This document shows, one piece after another, positions 47,555 to 49,855 of a DNA stretch of 49,855 nt (positions within the stretch are counted from its first letter, which is position 1; each line of letters starts with the position of its first letter). Source of the DNA: Chrysochromulina tobinii (Eukaryota); contig JWZX01002898.1 in assembly GCA_001275005.1 (NCBI GenBank), positions 1 to 49,855 of the forward strand, in the 5' to 3' direction. The position numbers and the translations under genes were made by a program. The notes beneath the pieces were generated by a model, which worked only from the letters and a program-made list of their open reading frames with translations, was not told where the DNA came from and did no database searches.

Positions 47555-48932
47555 ATGGCTTGGCTATGGCCCACCCCGTGGACGCAGGCTTCCGCCGAGG
47601 ACTCCTTCAAGGCCACGCCTCGGTCCGTCTCGGGTGCGTCGACGCCTCGGCTCGGGGATATCTCACGGAATACATCACCACTCTCAGAGACCAGCAGCCC
47701 TCGCTCGGATATCAGCCAGCGAGCAGACCGGCTCCCACCCGCACTTGTGGGCTCCGTGTCCGACTGGCTCGAACGCGTGAAGAAGGGTTACGGTCGCTTT
47801 GCGGTCGCCTTCGAGGCGCTCGGCATCGAGGACACCAACGACATCCACAACATCGATCGAACCATCTTTGAGCATGTCGAGACGCTGTTGCGCGACGGTT
47901 GCGGCGCCAAGTCCATGCACCTCAAAAACATCCACATCGCCCTGCTCGAATACGGGTGCAACCTGCGCACCGCAAGTGAGGAAGCCACAGCGGCCGAGGG
48001 CGGCGTGCCTTTCCTCGCGCTGAAGGACGCCAAAGGGCGGCTCGCGCCAGTCGGTGCCAGCCATGCAGCCGCTGCCAGCGGCTCTGGAGCGGAGCTCGAG
48101 TCGGCTGCTCCACATGTGGCCTCAGTGGCTACGAACGTGCCTCCGATGCCGCCGCCACGGCCGCTGCTGCGACAATCTGATTCGAGCGTCGCGCGCGCGC
48201 AGCAGTGGGATGAAGTCGTGTCGGCGATGGCCGCGCAGGCGACGGGCAGCGGGCTGTGGAATCGGCTCGCGCGCGGCGTCGAGACGGAGCAGGAGCTCCT
48301 AGACTTCTTTCGTCGGCGCCAGGTGATGACCACTGGTGATGACCTCTGATGACCCATGATTGCCTCCGATCGGCCTTGAATTGCGAGAATTCGACGCGTG
48401 GCTCGAGCAGGTGATGGCCGCTGATGACCTCTGATGACCCCTGATTGCCTCCGATCGGCCTCTAATTGCGAGAATTCGACTCGAGCAGGCCTCCGAAAAG
48501 GGCGGCAAGATCCTGCACATCGCGTCTGCGGTCAAGGTCGTCAACAACGCGGCGCTGTCGCACTTTGCAGCCACGAAGCACCTGCATCTGCACCCGATGA
48601 AAGCGCACAAGACGGGCGACACGCTCCTCTTTCACGGCTGCCCGCAGGTGGCGGCTGTGAACATCCAGGCCGATGGGCTCAAGATCGGCTTCGCATCGAA
48701 CGGCATGCTCGGCCGCGGCTTGTACGGTGCACCCGACCCTCGCAAGAGCCTCCAGTACTGTAAGGACTCGCCCAATGGCCGATTCATGTTCCTGTGCCGC
48801 TTCAACCTCAAGGAGGCGAAGCACGCCGGGCCGGAGACCAAGCACCGCAACTCGATCTTTGACGAGTTCTGCATCTACGACGAGAAGCATGTGGTGGTCC
48901 TGTGGATGCTCAAGCTCAAAGAGCCTCGATGA
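47555..48932 (+). CDS. Sterile-alpha-motif (SAM) domain + PARP-like ADP-ribosyltransferase; 2 exons
   Basis: SVSDWLERV..YGRFAVAFEALGIE (SAM domain); LLFHG, GMLGRGLYGA, KSLQYC, MFLCRFNL, DEFCIYD (H-Y-E triad positions). Intron 48323-48488 splices in frame (RRRQ-ASEKGG). Confidence 0.8.
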
Positions 48933-49261
48933 TGATGTCATGATGACGTGGTCGAGCTTCGACAGGAGTGGAAGATGCATGATGATGATGGGTCGAATGA
49001 TAATGAGTGATCGATGACGTGCTCATGTACACATATGTGATTGCACATGAGGGACATGTGTGATAGAGTCTCCGTAACCTTAGCCATATTGCGCCGGGGG
49101 ATGGGCGCGGCGGGTCAGTGGCCGGGCGGGTGGCATGTACGGAGCTGCATGCAACATGAACTTCCATGATTTCGAGGAACAGACCTTTACTAGTATTTGA
49201 TTTTGAGCCCAACATTTCCAAGTTTCGAGGCTGACCGACGGCGCGTACCAGCGGTGGTTCG

Positions 49262-49855
49262 ATGCGAATCGTCGTCACTGCCTACCTGTTCACCGGAGCA
49301 GTTTCGATCAGCTGCACTACCACAAATGCCGCGGGCCAATGTTATGAGCTGCAGCCTGGGCCATCTACGAACCCGTATGGATGGTTCAGTCAAAACGCCA
49401 CCAGGAGCTGTCCGGATCTTCTTGCAAGTGGCATTGCTTGCCACCAAACGTGTGTGACACCGGGCTTCTGCCCGATGAAAGCTGAAGCAGCTTTAGGCAC
49501 TCCTTCTTGCGAGGAGATTGCATATTTGGACTCGACCGCACAGTCAACGTTGGTGACGCCCGAAATAAATAAAGGTCTTATCGGCTGCCAAGTCGACTCC
49601 GACGGGTTCTATCGCCACAATCGTCTTGGGACCTCAACCAGTAGCTGGACCATTGGTGGGATCACCCGCCGGATGTTTTGCGTTTCGCCGGACGCACGCT
49701 TCGGCAACGCTCAACAGGACCCCAGTTACAACGACACCACCTACCTGGGTCAACTGATGAAGCACTCGACTGCACCTTGCACCCCCTATCCGCCCCCATC
49801 ACCCCCACTCGCTCCGCCACCCCCCTCGCCGCCGCCGCCCTCGCCCTCGCCCCCG
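49262..49855 (+). CDS. Secreted Cys-rich protein with Ser-Pro(n) linker, 5' part only
   Basis: Not in the ORF track because it has no stop in the window. ATG 49262 opens 198 codons: MRIVVTAYLFTGAVSISC... signal-like N-terminus, ~10 Cys, ending YPPPSPPLAPPPPSPPPPSPSPP. Confidence 0.7.
   Translation, partial: MRIVVTAYLFTGAVSISCTTTNAAGQCYELQPGPSTNPYGWFSQNATRSCPDLLASGIACHQTCVTPGFCPMKAEAALGTPSCEEIAYLDSTAQSTLVTPEINKGLIGCQVDSDGFYRHNRLGTSTSSWTIGGITRRMFCVSPDARFGNAQQDPSYNDTTYLGQLMKHSTAPCTPYPPPSPPLAPPPPSPPPPSPSPP

Noticed and set aside
1..49855. tRNA or rRNA genes and intact transposase/RT genes
   Set aside because: None recognised by eye; covariance-model and HMM searches would be needed to exclude them.

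Overview
High-GC, gene-dense eukaryotic nuclear DNA with spliceosomal GT-AG introns. The signal+transit peptides, AT-less modular PKS and satellite-filled introns suggest a haptophyte alga (inference). About 15 protein-coding genes are supportable. From left to right: an AT-less type I PKS running off the left edge, with a bacterial-style methyltransferase-GNAT-ACP loading module; an MFS transporter; a small membrane protein; a 2OG-Fe(II) oxygenase; a coiled-coil protein; a ~3.5 kb decayed insertion; an FCP1-type CTD phosphatase; a 2x[methyltransferase-GT34] fusion; an RST+TAZ protein; an ARM/RING protein; TCP1; a kinesin with a TPR-like repeat; an unknown protein; a GNAT-fold protein; a SAM-domain+PARP-like protein; and a secreted Cys/Pro-rich protein running off the right edge. 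The strongest non-coding signal is a class of introns that carry copies of their own exon junctions, sense-oriented 10-14 nt satellites and/or a shared ~40 nt 3' motif, which looks like recent or ongoing intron formation/remodelling. Exon boundaries and domain calls were made by eye, without RNA data or database searches.
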